Shown: positions 39,342 to 48,745 of the stretch, one piece after another
Layout: every line of letters starts with the position of its first letter
Numbering within the stretch: position 1 is the first letter of the stretch
Assembly: GCA_000830315.1 (NCBI GenBank)
Contig: CP010426.1
Location: 588,663 to 652,662, forward strand
DNA from: an archaeon GW2011_AR20
GTDB lineage: Archaea > Nanobdellota > Nanobdellia > SCGC-AAA011-G17 > GW2011-AR20
Reading direction: 5' to 3'
Length of the DNA: 64,000 nucleotides
Notes under the pieces: model-generated
What the model saw: the letters and a program-made list of their open reading frames with translations, nothing else
What the model was told of the DNA's origin: nothing
Database searches by the model: none
Program-made: the position numbers and the translations under genes

Positions 39342-40910
39342 TTATAATTTGCCTTTTATATCAAGTCTTAATTGTCTTTGTGAGTTATAATATATATCCG
39401 ATGCTATTTCCTTTGTTTTCAAAATTATATCTTCCACGCTTGGTCTTTCTTCTGTTTCTCTTGTCAATAGAGTTTTAGCTGCGGCAAAACCAACTTCCTT
39501 TGACATTATATCTAACAAATAGTCCGCTCTCTCAAATTCATCTTTATTTTTAAAATACTTTTCATAATCTGAATGGTTGGTGTTTACTTTTATGACCTTG
39601 CCAACTAATTTACTTCTCAACTTAGCTTCGCTTAAACCAAAACCTTCGAAATCTGGTATGAATGGAAAAACTTTTCTAGCTCCGCTTCCGCCTCCTGATT
39701 TTACTCTAGTTGGCTTTTTTATGCCTTCTTCGTCTGTTTTTTCCTGCGTCTCAACTATCTTTCTTGGACCAGACACCCTAAATAAGTTTCCCAATCCCAA
39801 ATCCCTATACACTTTATCAATTACTTGGACAACCTTGTCTGCAAGATCATAACTGCTTCTATCTTTTCTAACAGTATTTTTTTTAATTTGCACTTCTAAT
39901 GATTCACCAATTTCGTACATTTTAGGCAACCACAAATTCAAATTATTGTTAAACTCAAATGCATTTCTCGGAGCATTTAATGTTAAGAAATCATCATCTA
40001 CAAAACCTTCTAATTTACCAGAATTCCATGGTTCCTTGCCTAAAAACTCCAATGAGGCAATATCTCCGTTTACTTTTACTCCTTTATGATATACCCTGAC
40101 TTTGCCATCACTTATTTCCGGGTTTAATGTTATATGGAAATCAATTCTTCCAGTTCCTACAGTACCATCTTTTAATTTTACCCCTTCAACACTTAAATAA
40201 TCATCTTCATTCAATAAAACCTCTCCATCAAAACTTAATGGTTCTGGTTTTGCGAATCTTGTTTTTCCATCTCTGCTTAAATAACCAATGCTCATATCAA
40301 TACTGCCTTTTTTTAGTATTGGTGTATAAACCTCGCTCATTAATGATTCTAATTTTGATAAGAAAAAGTTTCTGCTCATTATTTCCTGATCAATATCTTC
40401 TAAATAAACGATAGTTCCTATTGATAATTTCGAAACTAAACTTTTTATGGCCTCGGGCACATTATTAAGATGTTCTGGATTTACAGTATTGAGGCGATAA
40501 TTTAATGCAGGATCTGCTTCAAGCAAATTTAGCAATGAGGATTCCTCGTCATTTCTTGATATAAAGATTAATTTATTCGCCTTTAGTCTTAAGTATGCTA
40601 AGTTACCTATGCCTTTTTCACCCTTCTGGGTTTTAGCAAATTCTTTTGCAGATTCGCCCACTAATGAAAAAGATTCTTTTAATCTGCCATAACTTATTCC
40701 AACACCGTTATCATAAACAGATACCCATCTTTGTGTCGGATTTACTGTTATATTGACCAAACCATTACTTATACCTCTTTCATCAATAGCATCTACAGCA
40801 TTTGTTGTATATTCCTTAAATGCTTCACCAGCTGTTGAATATAAGGATCCTAATAGCTGAATAATATGCTCGGCTTTTCTAGTTGAAAGACCAATTCTAC
40901 CTGTAATCAT
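39342..40910 (-). CDS. GHKL (HSP90/MORC-like) ATPase
   Basis: KEYTTNAVDA (N box), DNGVGI (G1), GEKGIG (G2), GTIV (G3); S5-like middle region; C-terminal VNTNH. Confidence 0.85.
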   Translation of the reverse strand: MITGRIGLSTRKAEHIIQLLGSLYSTAGEAFKEYTTNAVDAIDERGISNGLVNITVNPTQRWVSVYDNGVGISYGRLKESFSLVGESAKEFAKTQKGEKGIGNLAYLRLKANKLIFISRNDEESSLLNLLEADPALNYRLNTVNPEHLNNVPEAIKSLVSKLSIGTIVYLEDIDQEIMSRNFFLSKLESLMSEVYTPILKKGSIDMSIGYLSRDGKTRFAKPEPLSFDGEVLLNEDDYLSVEGVKLKDGTVGTGRIDFHITLNPEISDGKVRVYHKGVKVNGDIASLEFLGKEPWNSGKLEGFVDDDFLTLNAPRNAFEFNNNLNLWLPKMYEIGESLEVQIKKNTVRKDRSSYDLADKVVQVIDKVYRDLGLGNLFRVSGPRKIVETQEKTDEEGIKKPTRVKSGGGSGARKVFPFIPDFEGFGLSEAKLRSKLVGKVIKVNTNHSDYEKYFKNKDEFERADYLLDIMSKEVGFAAAKTLLTRETEERPSVEDIILKTKEIASDIYYNSQRQLRLDIKGKL

Positions 40911-41515
40911 TTTCTTCTCCTTGGTCTATAGTCTGCCATTAAAATCCATGATTTGAATCTATCATTATCAAACATTGCGTTTAATGCACTTATTAAGTAA
41001 CCAACATCTTCTTTCTTCAAGCTCTTTGTGATTGTTTTTGTTAAAGCCTCAACTTTGTCCGGATTTTCCCTGTAATATTGTGATAGTAAAACAACTTGAT
41101 CTATTGATGTATTTACTGAATTAGAAAGCATTTTGGCCCTTTCTTCAGCGCTTGGCTCGTATCCTGAACCATCAAGATTTCTTGCCAATTCATCTAATTT
41201 ATGTAGTTCTGAAAGTAATTGTGTTAAATTAAGCTTACCTTGTTCAATAGAGTTCTGTGTTGCTTTAAGCATAAGGCTGGCTGGTTGAATATACGCTTTT
41301 TTAATGGATTCTAATCCCGTGAATGTATATAAGGCATCAATATATTTTTGATTGGATATCCCAGCAGTTTTTCCATTAATTTGATCTCCAAAAGTAGTTC
41401 TTGGTATTTTAACACCTGTTTTTTCTTCTAATTTCTCCAAAAAGTTTTTGGTACTAGGATACTTACTTAAAATATATCCTTTTAAATCATCATTCCATTT
41501 TCTATCGTCTGTCAT
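40907..41515 (-). CDS. Hypothetical protein with N-terminal HTH-like region
   Basis: FLEKLEEKTGVKIPRTTFGDQING resembles an XRE-type HTH; ATGA overlap with the ATPase. Confidence 0.6.
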   Translation of the reverse strand: MTDDRKWNDDLKGYILSKYPSTKNFLEKLEEKTGVKIPRTTFGDQINGKTAGISNQKYIDALYTFTGLESIKKAYIQPASLMLKATQNSIEQGKLNLTQLLSELHKLDELARNLDGSGYEPSAEERAKMLSNSVNTSIDQVVLLSQYYRENPDKVEALTKTITKSLKKEDVGYLISALNAMFDNDRFKSWILMADYRPRRRK

Positions 41516-41561
41516 AATGGTTCAATATTTTTATGCGTTTATAAATCTTTCGTTTATTATT

Positions 41562-41571
41562 ACTTTAAAGT
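41562..41571. promoter_or_regulatory. Palindrome ACTTTAAAGT upstream of BRE/TATA
   Basis: 16 nt from TTTATAAA (41538-41545), with CGAAAGA BRE between. Confidence 0.65.
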
Positions 41572-41573
41572 GG

Positions 41574-42962
41574 TTATCTTTTTAACCTAAACCCAAAGGC
41601 AATCATGCTATGGACGCTATCACTATATCTTTCCAAAAATAATTTCTCTAAATCAAAATTGAATTTTTTAGCATATTCAGACAATAATTCAGATGCCAGT
41701 TTATACTGGTTTGTTGTAATATATCCTTTGATGCCATTTCCTCTTGATTTAATTACCCTTATTCTTTCCAAAGCAGTATCATTTAAAGTCATGAATATAA
41801 GCGAATTATTTTCCAGCATGTTTTTTTCAAATAAATGTTTTATAGCTTCTTCCTTATCAAAGGACCATCCCCCTTCATAATCCAAATTTAATAAATTGAA
41901 TTTTATGTTCTTGTATCTTTTATCCCTTAATGCGTCTAATAATTCTCCTTTATAAACATTTAAACCATTAAATATCTCTCCTCCTTTAATCAGGTCATTA
42001 TTACTGATTATTGACTGCATAATATTGGCTCTTTTCTCATCCCTTTCTGGAATCAGGCTTTCTTCCTGCAGTAAATTATTGAACGCAACAAAGGACATAT
42101 AACTTATAAAATTATTTCCTTCTAAACCCAAGTATTTTATTTTTTTGCTTTCTAAATATTCCAATAAAGAATTTATTTCTTTCTCCCTGATTCTCTGCTT
42201 TTCCTTGCCACTATAAACTTTTAATCCCAATATGCTCTTAGTTGCAATGGCTTCTAGTGTGCTTAGTTCCTGTTCAACAAATTCTTTGCTCAAAACTCCA
42301 TTTCTTTTCAGATATTCTTTTATTGTTTCTTCACTTAGCCTGAATTTTCTTCCTATTCTTGCAATATTGCCGTGATCTTTCCACTCTTCATATATCTTTT
42401 TTACCAAAACACCTTTATACCTAACTTTATCTTTTTTATTAAAAATAATTTTAGGTTTGCTGATTGTATGCATCATATTTTGATAGTTTGGTAAATCAAC
42501 ATCACCATAAATCAGGCCGTAATTATGCGTTAATTTTTCCCATAAATCCGGAGTTAATTCATTTTTAATTAAGTCAAGTATTTTCTCAAGATTTTTTCTC
42601 TTAATCGGCAAAATTACTTCTTTTTCTCTCCCCAATAAGACATCTAGGCTGTATGAATCTACAAGATTATTCTCAATAAACACATTATTTCTTACCAATA
42701 ATTTGCTTAATTCAAATATGTCTAAGTTATTTGATACAGCAAAACTCTTTAAATCTGTCTTTTGACTATTATTTCTATGTTTTTTCTTGCCAGAATCAAT
42801 GCTATTCTTAGCGTCGCTTAATTCCATAATTAATTCATCTTTTGTATGCTTAAAACCAGCATTCTTAAATTGCTTAATTACATCATTAATGCTCTTATTT
42901 CTAGCTAAAAAGTAAATTAGATAGAGTCTTTCTTCTGGCAGAAAATCCGGTTCGTTTGTCAT
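41574..42962 (-). CDS. Hypothetical protein: HTH regions plus C-terminal SAM-methyltransferase-like Rossmann domain
   Basis: NIARIGRKFRLSEETIKEYL HTH; KYLGLEG / ERD / YKGEL / FNLLNLDYEG / LIFMT strand pattern. Confidence 0.55.
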   Translation of the reverse strand: MTNEPDFLPEERLYLIYFLARNKSINDVIKQFKNAGFKHTKDELIMELSDAKNSIDSGKKKHRNNSQKTDLKSFAVSNNLDIFELSKLLVRNNVFIENNLVDSYSLDVLLGREKEVILPIKRKNLEKILDLIKNELTPDLWEKLTHNYGLIYGDVDLPNYQNMMHTISKPKIIFNKKDKVRYKGVLVKKIYEEWKDHGNIARIGRKFRLSEETIKEYLKRNGVLSKEFVEQELSTLEAIATKSILGLKVYSGKEKQRIREKEINSLLEYLESKKIKYLGLEGNNFISYMSFVAFNNLLQEESLIPERDEKRANIMQSIISNNDLIKGGEIFNGLNVYKGELLDALRDKRYKNIKFNLLNLDYEGGWSFDKEEAIKHLFEKNMLENNSLIFMTLNDTALERIRVIKSRGNGIKGYITTNQYKLASELLSEYAKKFNFDLEKLFLERYSDSVHSMIAFGFRLKR

Positions 42963-42979
42963 TTTAAAAAATAAAAAAC

Positions 42980-44269
42980 TTATCGATATGGAACCCAGGA
43001 ATTACCGGTGTACATGTGGGTATAGATAAAATTCCTTATAGTTGGCAATTGATATTTCCCTTTCTTATTTAATTTTAAAATGCCTTCAGAAGTTAATTTA
43101 GTCATTGAATCATTGTCTAAATTTAACATGCCCTGTAATTCTTCACGAACAATTCCTTTCTTTAATTTTCTTTTCTTTGCTTCAATCTTGTACAACAAAC
43201 TCATCCTGTACAAGTGATTTTCAAATTCTTTTACAGGAACTAAATAAGTGTCTTTGCTTTCAATTATGTTTATCCTGTTTCTGGCTTTTAAATCAGATAC
43301 TCTGGATACATAATTGTGCAGTGAAATATCTTTTCCAGTAAGCTTTTGTTCAAGATCTTTCCACAACTTTGCAGCATCTCTGATTGAATAGCCTTGTTTC
43401 TTAGTCAAGTTTTCGTCAATTTTGTCTGCATCATAATATCTTTCACCTTCTCTAACTTCTGGTTTAACGACCCCTTTCTTTACAAGCCATGCAAGGCTTG
43501 CAGGATTTATACTGTATTTGCTATAAATTTCCTTAGGAGTGTAGAATTTTTTTTTGCTGATTTCGTGTTTGAACAAGTAACCTCCTTTATCATCATATAA
43601 GCTGAATCTGACATTCGCTTTCTTTAATCTGTCTAAATCTAGTTCGCTTTGGTTTTCAAATAACAGCCCCTTAAGATTTTGTAAGGATTTTTTAGCTTTC
43701 TCGGTCTCTTTATTTGGTTTTGCTGCTATTATTATCAAGCCATCCTTTTCTGTGCTTGAAATATCATCCAAAGTTAAATTAGCATCTTTTAATTTTTGAA
43801 CTTGTTCATTAAACCAAATGCCTACTGCTCCATATAGATCATAAGACAAGTTTTTTTGTTGTGGCACCCTATCTTCGCCATAAACAGGCAATACAAAAAC
43901 CAATGAATCATCTAAGCTAATTGCTCCTTGAACTTCTAAATCAGTTTTTACCCTGCCAAGGTTGGAGTCAAGGTTTTCATAACTTTTAATTTTGTTTTTA
44001 GCATTTTCATAAGCTGCTTTAATTGCTTTAGGAACTCTTTTCTTTTTTTCTACAAATCTTACAACATCAATATCGTCTTTGTTTTCTACTTTTAACCTAT
44101 TATACGTTTCTACAGCTTCTTCCAGAGGACTTATTTTTTCCAGCTCTTGCACTGCTAAAGCCCTTTCTCTAAGTAAATCTGCACCTCTTCTAACAGAGTG
44201 CATTATCGCGTCTTTTAATTCAACCAAAGACCTTTGTTCTGTTTTTCTTATGATATCTGAGATGCTCAT
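42980..44269 (-). CDS. Hypothetical protein with tandem MerR/excisionase-like HTH modules
   Basis: FYTPKEIYSKYSINPASLAWLVKKG..RYY; GYSIRDAA; REELQGMLNL..LTSEGIL. Confidence 0.6.
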   Translation of the reverse strand: MSISDIIRKTEQRSLVELKDAIMHSVRRGADLLRERALAVQELEKISPLEEAVETYNRLKVENKDDIDVVRFVEKKKRVPKAIKAAYENAKNKIKSYENLDSNLGRVKTDLEVQGAISLDDSLVFVLPVYGEDRVPQQKNLSYDLYGAVGIWFNEQVQKLKDANLTLDDISSTEKDGLIIIAAKPNKETEKAKKSLQNLKGLLFENQSELDLDRLKKANVRFSLYDDKGGYLFKHEISKKKFYTPKEIYSKYSINPASLAWLVKKGVVKPEVREGERYYDADKIDENLTKKQGYSIRDAAKLWKDLEQKLTGKDISLHNYVSRVSDLKARNRINIIESKDTYLVPVKEFENHLYRMSLLYKIEAKKRKLKKGIVREELQGMLNLDNDSMTKLTSEGILKLNKKGKYQLPTIRNFIYTHMYTGNSWVPYR

Positions 44270-44646
44270 TTTGATTCTCCGAAGCCGTTATATTGTGAAT
44301 AGCTAACAAGCTGTTTTGATAGTGAATTCCTTTCAGAATATAATAAGTTTAATTTTTCTCTTACCTCATCTTTTTCTGATTCTGCTTTTAGTTCTTTTTC
44401 ATATCTTGATACTTCAGTGTTTATTTCATCCAATCTCCTTTTTGTATCATCATGCTTAAACCTATTAACTGCGATTTTATCATTTTGCGGGATATCTTCA
44501 ATTGTTACTAAGCCTTCTAATTTGTCCTCGCTTAAGCTAAAATCTTTTATATCTAAACCAATTTTTATGGCCTTATTTGTTAATCTAAATAAATCTATAT
44601 GATACCTTAGTGCAATATCCCTTAAATCTATATTTCTTTTAGTCAT
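44266..44646 (-). CDS. Hypothetical protein (small HTH-like N-terminus, coiled-coil C-terminus)
   Basis: LRDIALRYHIDLFRL; ATGA overlap with the next gene. Confidence 0.6.
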   Translation of the reverse strand: MTKRNIDLRDIALRYHIDLFRLTNKAIKIGLDIKDFSLSEDKLEGLVTIEDIPQNDKIAVNRFKHDDTKRRLDEINTEVSRYEKELKAESEKDEVREKLNLLYSERNSLSKQLVSYSQYNGFGESK

Positions 44647-44701
44647 TTTAGCTCAGTTTATCCTATAAAATCCTGTTTTATAAATCTTTCGGTTTGTAAC
44701 T

Positions 44702-44711
44702 ACTTTAAAGT
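44702..44711. promoter_or_regulatory. Palindrome ACTTTAAAGT upstream of BRE/TATA
   Basis: 17 nt from TTTATAAA (44677-44684), with CCGAAAGA BRE between. Confidence 0.65.
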
Positions 44712-44713
44712 TA

Positions 44714-45022
44714 TTATTTTAATTTGAAACCCAAATATTTCTCAATTAAGAGGAATCTTGATACACTATAACCTCCACTATAATGCCATACTCCCCTGTC
44801 TTTATCTCCAAAATAATATACTTTCTCAGCAATAGTTCCCGGGTATGGGCATATTTCTATTTTTTGAAGTTCCCTATCTAAATCAAAAGTTAATTTATAT
44901 TCAAATTTTTTAGTTTTCCAGCTTATTATGTCATTTTTTTCAAATGAATTTTTTAGTCTAGCAAACTCTCTTCCATACATTTCTAATGCTTTCAATGTTT
45001 TTTCTAATTTTGATTGTGTCAT
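44714..45022 (-). CDS. Hypothetical protein
   Basis: 102-aa ORF, co-oriented and tightly packed. Confidence 0.55.
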   Translation of the reverse strand: MTQSKLEKTLKALEMYGREFARLKNSFEKNDIISWKTKKFEYKLTFDLDRELQKIEICPYPGTIAEKVYYFGDKDRGVWHYSGGYSVSRFLLIEKYLGFKLK

Positions 45023-45029
45023 TTTAATC

Positions 45030-45497
45030 CTATTTTTTAATTATGGAAGTTGCAATATCAGCGAGAGTTTCTTCTCCACCACATTCTGATCTGATAAATT
45101 TAATACCTAGTTTTCTAGCATGTTCTATTTTTTTATCAATATCACATCCGCATCCAACTAAAGTTAATTTACTGGAATGATCTTTTCCTAGTCTATGAAC
45201 TAAGCCCAATGAAGTTTCTAACCCATATCTTCCACAATAAACTATTATTTCAGAGAAACTATCGCTCGGTTCAGATCCAAACAAATCATAAAATTTACTT
45301 GAAACTACACCCGCTGAATATTCTCCTGCTTGATAAGTTTCAGATTGTGAATGATAAGCTACAGGACTATAATGACCTTCTCCTCTAAAGATGATTAATT
45401 TACCATCTCCAAAGATTCCTTCTCCAAATCCTTTTACATCTCTGTAAGTAAGTATTAAACTCAATGGTTTTTTTAATTGTGATTTATCGATTTTCAT
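45030..45497 (-). CDS. Hypothetical alpha/beta protein
   Basis: Start placed at MKIDK after AGGAG; VYCG, VGCGCD, SECGG motifs. Confidence 0.6.
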   Translation of the reverse strand: MKIDKSQLKKPLSLILTYRDVKGFGEGIFGDGKLIIFRGEGHYSPVAYHSQSETYQAGEYSAGVVSSKFYDLFGSEPSDSFSEIIVYCGRYGLETSLGLVHRLGKDHSSKLTLVGCGCDIDKKIEHARKLGIKFIRSECGGEETLADIATSIIKK

Positions 45498-45714
45498 TTT
45501 CTTTCTCCTTTCATATCCAATCTTATGTTGAATCATGAATATATTACTATAAAGTAACACTTATATAAAAAGATATTCCTAAAATAATGAAAAATATTAC
45601 AATAAAAACCGAAATATTTATAAATAATGGAAATATATTCCATTTTAGGTATAAATAACTACAAAAACAAAAGATTTAAATATTTGAACATATTAAACGT
45701 AATAAACATAATTT

Positions 45715-45954
45715 ATGGAGGTAAACAAAATGGTAAGTATTACGTTAGCTGTTCCAGAAGAATTAAAGAAAGAGATGGATAAACATCCTGAATTGAATTG
45801 GAGTGAAGTAGCTAGATCAGCTATAAGGGAAAAGTTAGTTGTCTTAAATAAATTAAACAAAATCTTGGCAAAAAGCAAGTTTACAGCAGAAGATGCTTTA
45901 GAATTAGGAAGAAAAGTAAATAAAGCCGTATCTAAAAAATATTTGGGGGAATGA
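45715..45954 (+). CDS. RHH/CopG-type antitoxin (VapB-like)
   Basis: ITLAVPEELKKEM..NWSEVARSAI; upstream of PIN gene. Confidence 0.85.
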   Translation: MEVNKMVSITLAVPEELKKEMDKHPELNWSEVARSAIREKLVVLNKLNKILAKSKFTAEDALELGRKVNKAVSKKYLGE

Positions 45955-45958
45955 AATA

Positions 45959-46363
45959 TTGGATATCGTCGTAGACGCAAACATATTATTTTCTGCATTA
46001 ATTAAAGATGATCATATAAGAGGGCTTTTGTTATTTATTAAGCACAAAATTTATGTTCCTGAATTTATTTTGGACGAAATAAATAAATATAAAGAAGAGA
46101 TTATTAAAAGGGGAAATATCTCGGAAGAAGAATTTAAGGAAGTGTTTAATGAAATTCTTGAGAATTCAAAGATTAATATTGTTCCTAAGGAAGATTTTGA
46201 GAGTTATATAGGAAAAGCTAGAGAAATTTCTCCAGATTTAAAAGATATTCATTATTTTGCATTAGCTTTAAAATTAAATTGTCCGATTTGTAGCGATGAT
46301 AAAGATTTTAAAAGACAAGACAAAGTAAAGATATTGAAGACTTCAGAAGTTGATATTTATTAA
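45959..46363 (+). CDS. vapC: PIN-domain toxin (VapC-like)
   Basis: IVVDANILFSAL, DEI, DLKDIHYFALA, SDDKDF. Confidence 0.9.
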   Translation: MDIVVDANILFSALIKDDHIRGLLLFIKHKIYVPEFILDEINKYKEEIIKRGNISEEEFKEVFNEILENSKINIVPKEDFESYIGKAREISPDLKDIHYFALALKLNCPICSDDKDFKRQDKVKILKTSEVDIY

Positions 46364-46366
46364 AAA

Positions 46367-46813
46367 ATGAAACTAGACAAAAAAGATCTAAAAATACTTG
46401 AAATATTAAAAGAAAATAGCAAATTAACAACTAGCCAGATTTATAAAAAAACAAATATTCCAATAACAACAGTTCACAATAGAATCAAGAAATTAGAAAA
46501 TCTAGGCATTATAAGGAGTTATACTTTAAAATTAGACTATAATAAATTAGGAAAACCAATAACAGGATTTATTTTAGTTACAATTAATTATATTCTGCCA
46601 GATGGAACAAAGATTAAGCAGGAACATGTTGCTCAAGAAATAAGCAAGCTAGAGGGTGTAGAGGAGGTTAACATTATGACGGGCGCAACAGACATATTAA
46701 TTAAAGTTAGAGTCTCAAGCATAGAAGAATTAAACGAATTTGTTATAAAGAAATTAAGAAATATTAATGGTGTAGATAAAACTCAGACAATGATTACATT
46801 AAGTAGTTATTAA
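46367..46813 (+). CDS. Lrp/AsnC family transcriptional regulator
   Basis: LDKKDLKILEIL..TVHNRIKKLE..GII; TGATD RAM domain. Confidence 0.93.
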   Translation: MKLDKKDLKILEILKENSKLTTSQIYKKTNIPITTVHNRIKKLENLGIIRSYTLKLDYNKLGKPITGFILVTINYILPDGTKIKQEHVAQEISKLEGVEEVNIMTGATDILIKVRVSSIEELNEFVIKKLRNINGVDKTQTMITLSSY

Positions 46814-46948
46814 TAACCTATTTATACAATTAAATAACAATTTTGTAATGTAAAGATTTTATGGTTTTCAGAAACGAGCAATGAAGATAAGAAGATATGG
46901 GCTGAAGCAAAAGAGAATATTTAAATAGTAATCAAAAATTTTATTAGT

Positions 46949-47380
46949 ATGGCTTTTTGGGACAAATGGTTTAAACCTTCGGAAGAAGAGCAGAATAAAA
47001 TAAAATTACGCGCAAAAATTCAGGGATTAATTAAAATTTGTAATTCTTTAATTGAAGATTTGCATGCCAAGCTTAATCAAAATAAAGATAAGGCAACACA
47101 GGCATCAATAAAGAAAGTTAGAAGCCAGATTCAGGAATCTTTGGGGCATTTGGAAGGCGCTGATAAATCCTTAAATGAGTTAAATGTTGAATTAACAATA
47201 GAAGAGCTGGAAGAAGCTGATAAGGATATTAACTCTAAAAATTTGAGCGATAGCGCAATACACTATCTAGTATCTCAGGTTAAGATATTATCAAAAAAAT
47301 ACTTAAGTGATATAAGCTATATAAGAACAAATATAGACAACCTGATAAGGGTAGATTTGCCGGGTTTTAAGCTAAAATGA
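46949..47380 (+). CDS. Hypothetical helical protein
   Basis: 143-aa ORF with TATA; overlaps the next start. Confidence 0.6.
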   Translation: MAFWDKWFKPSEEEQNKIKLRAKIQGLIKICNSLIEDLHAKLNQNKDKATQASIKKVRSQIQESLGHLEGADKSLNELNVELTIEELEEADKDINSKNLSDSAIHYLVSQVKILSKKYLSDISYIRTNIDNLIRVDLPGFKLK

Positions 47381-47673
47381 ATTTCAATGAAAAGGTTTAT
47401 AATTTATGCAGGAAAATTCCAAAAGGAAAGATTTCTACATACAAAGGAGTTGCACATGCTTTAAATTCTAAAGCTTACAGGGCAGTTGGAAATGCATTAA
47501 ATAAAAACCCTTATGCTCCGGAAGTTCCATGTCATAGAATTGTTGGAAGCTCTGGAAATTTAGTTGGATTTGCTTCTGGATTAAGAAATAAAGCAAGATT
47601 ATTGAGAAAAGAAGGTATTGAAATAAAAAATAATAAGGTTTTGAATTTTGAGGATGTATTATATAAATTTTAA
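47377..47673 (+). CDS. ogt: Methylated-DNA--protein-cysteine methyltransferase (MGMT family, short form)
   Basis: IPKGKISTY, RAVGNAL..NP, PCHR active site. Confidence 0.9.
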   Translation: MNFNEKVYNLCRKIPKGKISTYKGVAHALNSKAYRAVGNALNKNPYAPEVPCHRIVGSSGNLVGFASGLRNKARLLRKEGIEIKNNKVLNFEDVLYKF

Positions 47674-47734
47674 CAAAAAGCTTTATAAATTTTTATATCT
47701 TACAAATATTAAGGGAAAAAGGGGATAAAGTTCT

Positions 47735-48745
47735 ATGATAGAAAAAAAAGTGAAGGATATAAACAAAGAAGTTGGTTTATTAAAGAAAGAGCTAAATGTC
47801 CTGAAGCGTAATTTTAGAAAGAAGTTTAACCTGATCATAAATGAATTGCAGAAATTTGGCTATGATTATGAAATTATCTTAGAACCGGAGAATCAAGAAC
47901 TGGATTCGCATGAATATTATCCAAGCTTAATTGAAAAGATTATTCCAAAGAAATCATTCAAGGATGTTATATTAAATGAGGATATAAAATCACAGTTGAA
48001 CATGGCTCTGTCGCAGATAAAAAATCACAATAAGTTAATGAATGAATGGAAACTAAGCAATATTCAGGATGGAAATGCATTATCAATGATATTCTCAGGA
48101 CCTTCTGGAACAGGAAAAACATTGACTGCAGAAGCATTGGCGAAGGAATTAAAAAACAAGCTTTACATCGTGCGTTATTCAAACTTGGTTGACAGTTTTA
48201 TTGGGGAAACTGGAAAAAACATTGTCAAGGTTTTTGAAATTGCAAAGAAAAACAAGGCAATATTATTCTTTGATGAAGCAGATGCAATTGCCTCAAGCAG
48301 AACAAACATCTTTTCCTCGACGGATTCGGAAACAAATCTAACGAAAAACGTTTTATTGAAGGAATTGGAAAAGTTTGATGGCATTGTTATATTCGCAACT
48401 AATTTGGCAAGCAATTTTGACAAGGCGTTTGAAAGAAGAATTAATCTTCATATAAACTTTAAAATGCCGAACATTGATGAAAGAGAGCAGATCTGGAAAT
48501 TATTGAGCAAGGCACTGCCTTTAAATAAAGATGTTAATTTCAATGATATAGCAAAAGAATTTGAATTTTCAGGGGGACATATCAAAAATTCTGTTATCAA
48601 TGCAGCAAGGTTAGCAATTTCAAATAACTCGGATGATATAAAGAAAGAGCATTTTGTCAAGGCAGCCAGATTAGTCAGAGAAGGGCGAAATATTCTGCAG
48701 CAGTTTGAAGACGAGAATAAAGATAAATTAAATTATTTGGGATAA
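47735..48745 (+). CDS. Single-ring AAA+ ATPase with N-terminal coiled coil
   Basis: GPSGTGKT, FIGET pore loop, FFDEAD, ATN..DKAFERR, SGGHI. Confidence 0.9.
   Translation: MIEKKVKDINKEVGLLKKELNVLKRNFRKKFNLIINELQKFGYDYEIILEPENQELDSHEYYPSLIEKIIPKKSFKDVILNEDIKSQLNMALSQIKNHNKLMNEWKLSNIQDGNALSMIFSGPSGTGKTLTAEALAKELKNKLYIVRYSNLVDSFIGETGKNIVKVFEIAKKNKAILFFDEADAIASSRTNIFSSTDSETNLTKNVLLKELEKFDGIVIFATNLASNFDKAFERRINLHINFKMPNIDEREQIWKLLSKALPLNKDVNFNDIAKEFEFSGGHIKNSVINAARLAISNNSDDIKKEHFVKAARLVREGRNILQQFEDENKDKLNYLG

Noticed and set aside
46814-46920. Coding-like fragment between Lrp and the next gene
   Set aside because: Too short, with no recognisable motif or terminal repeats
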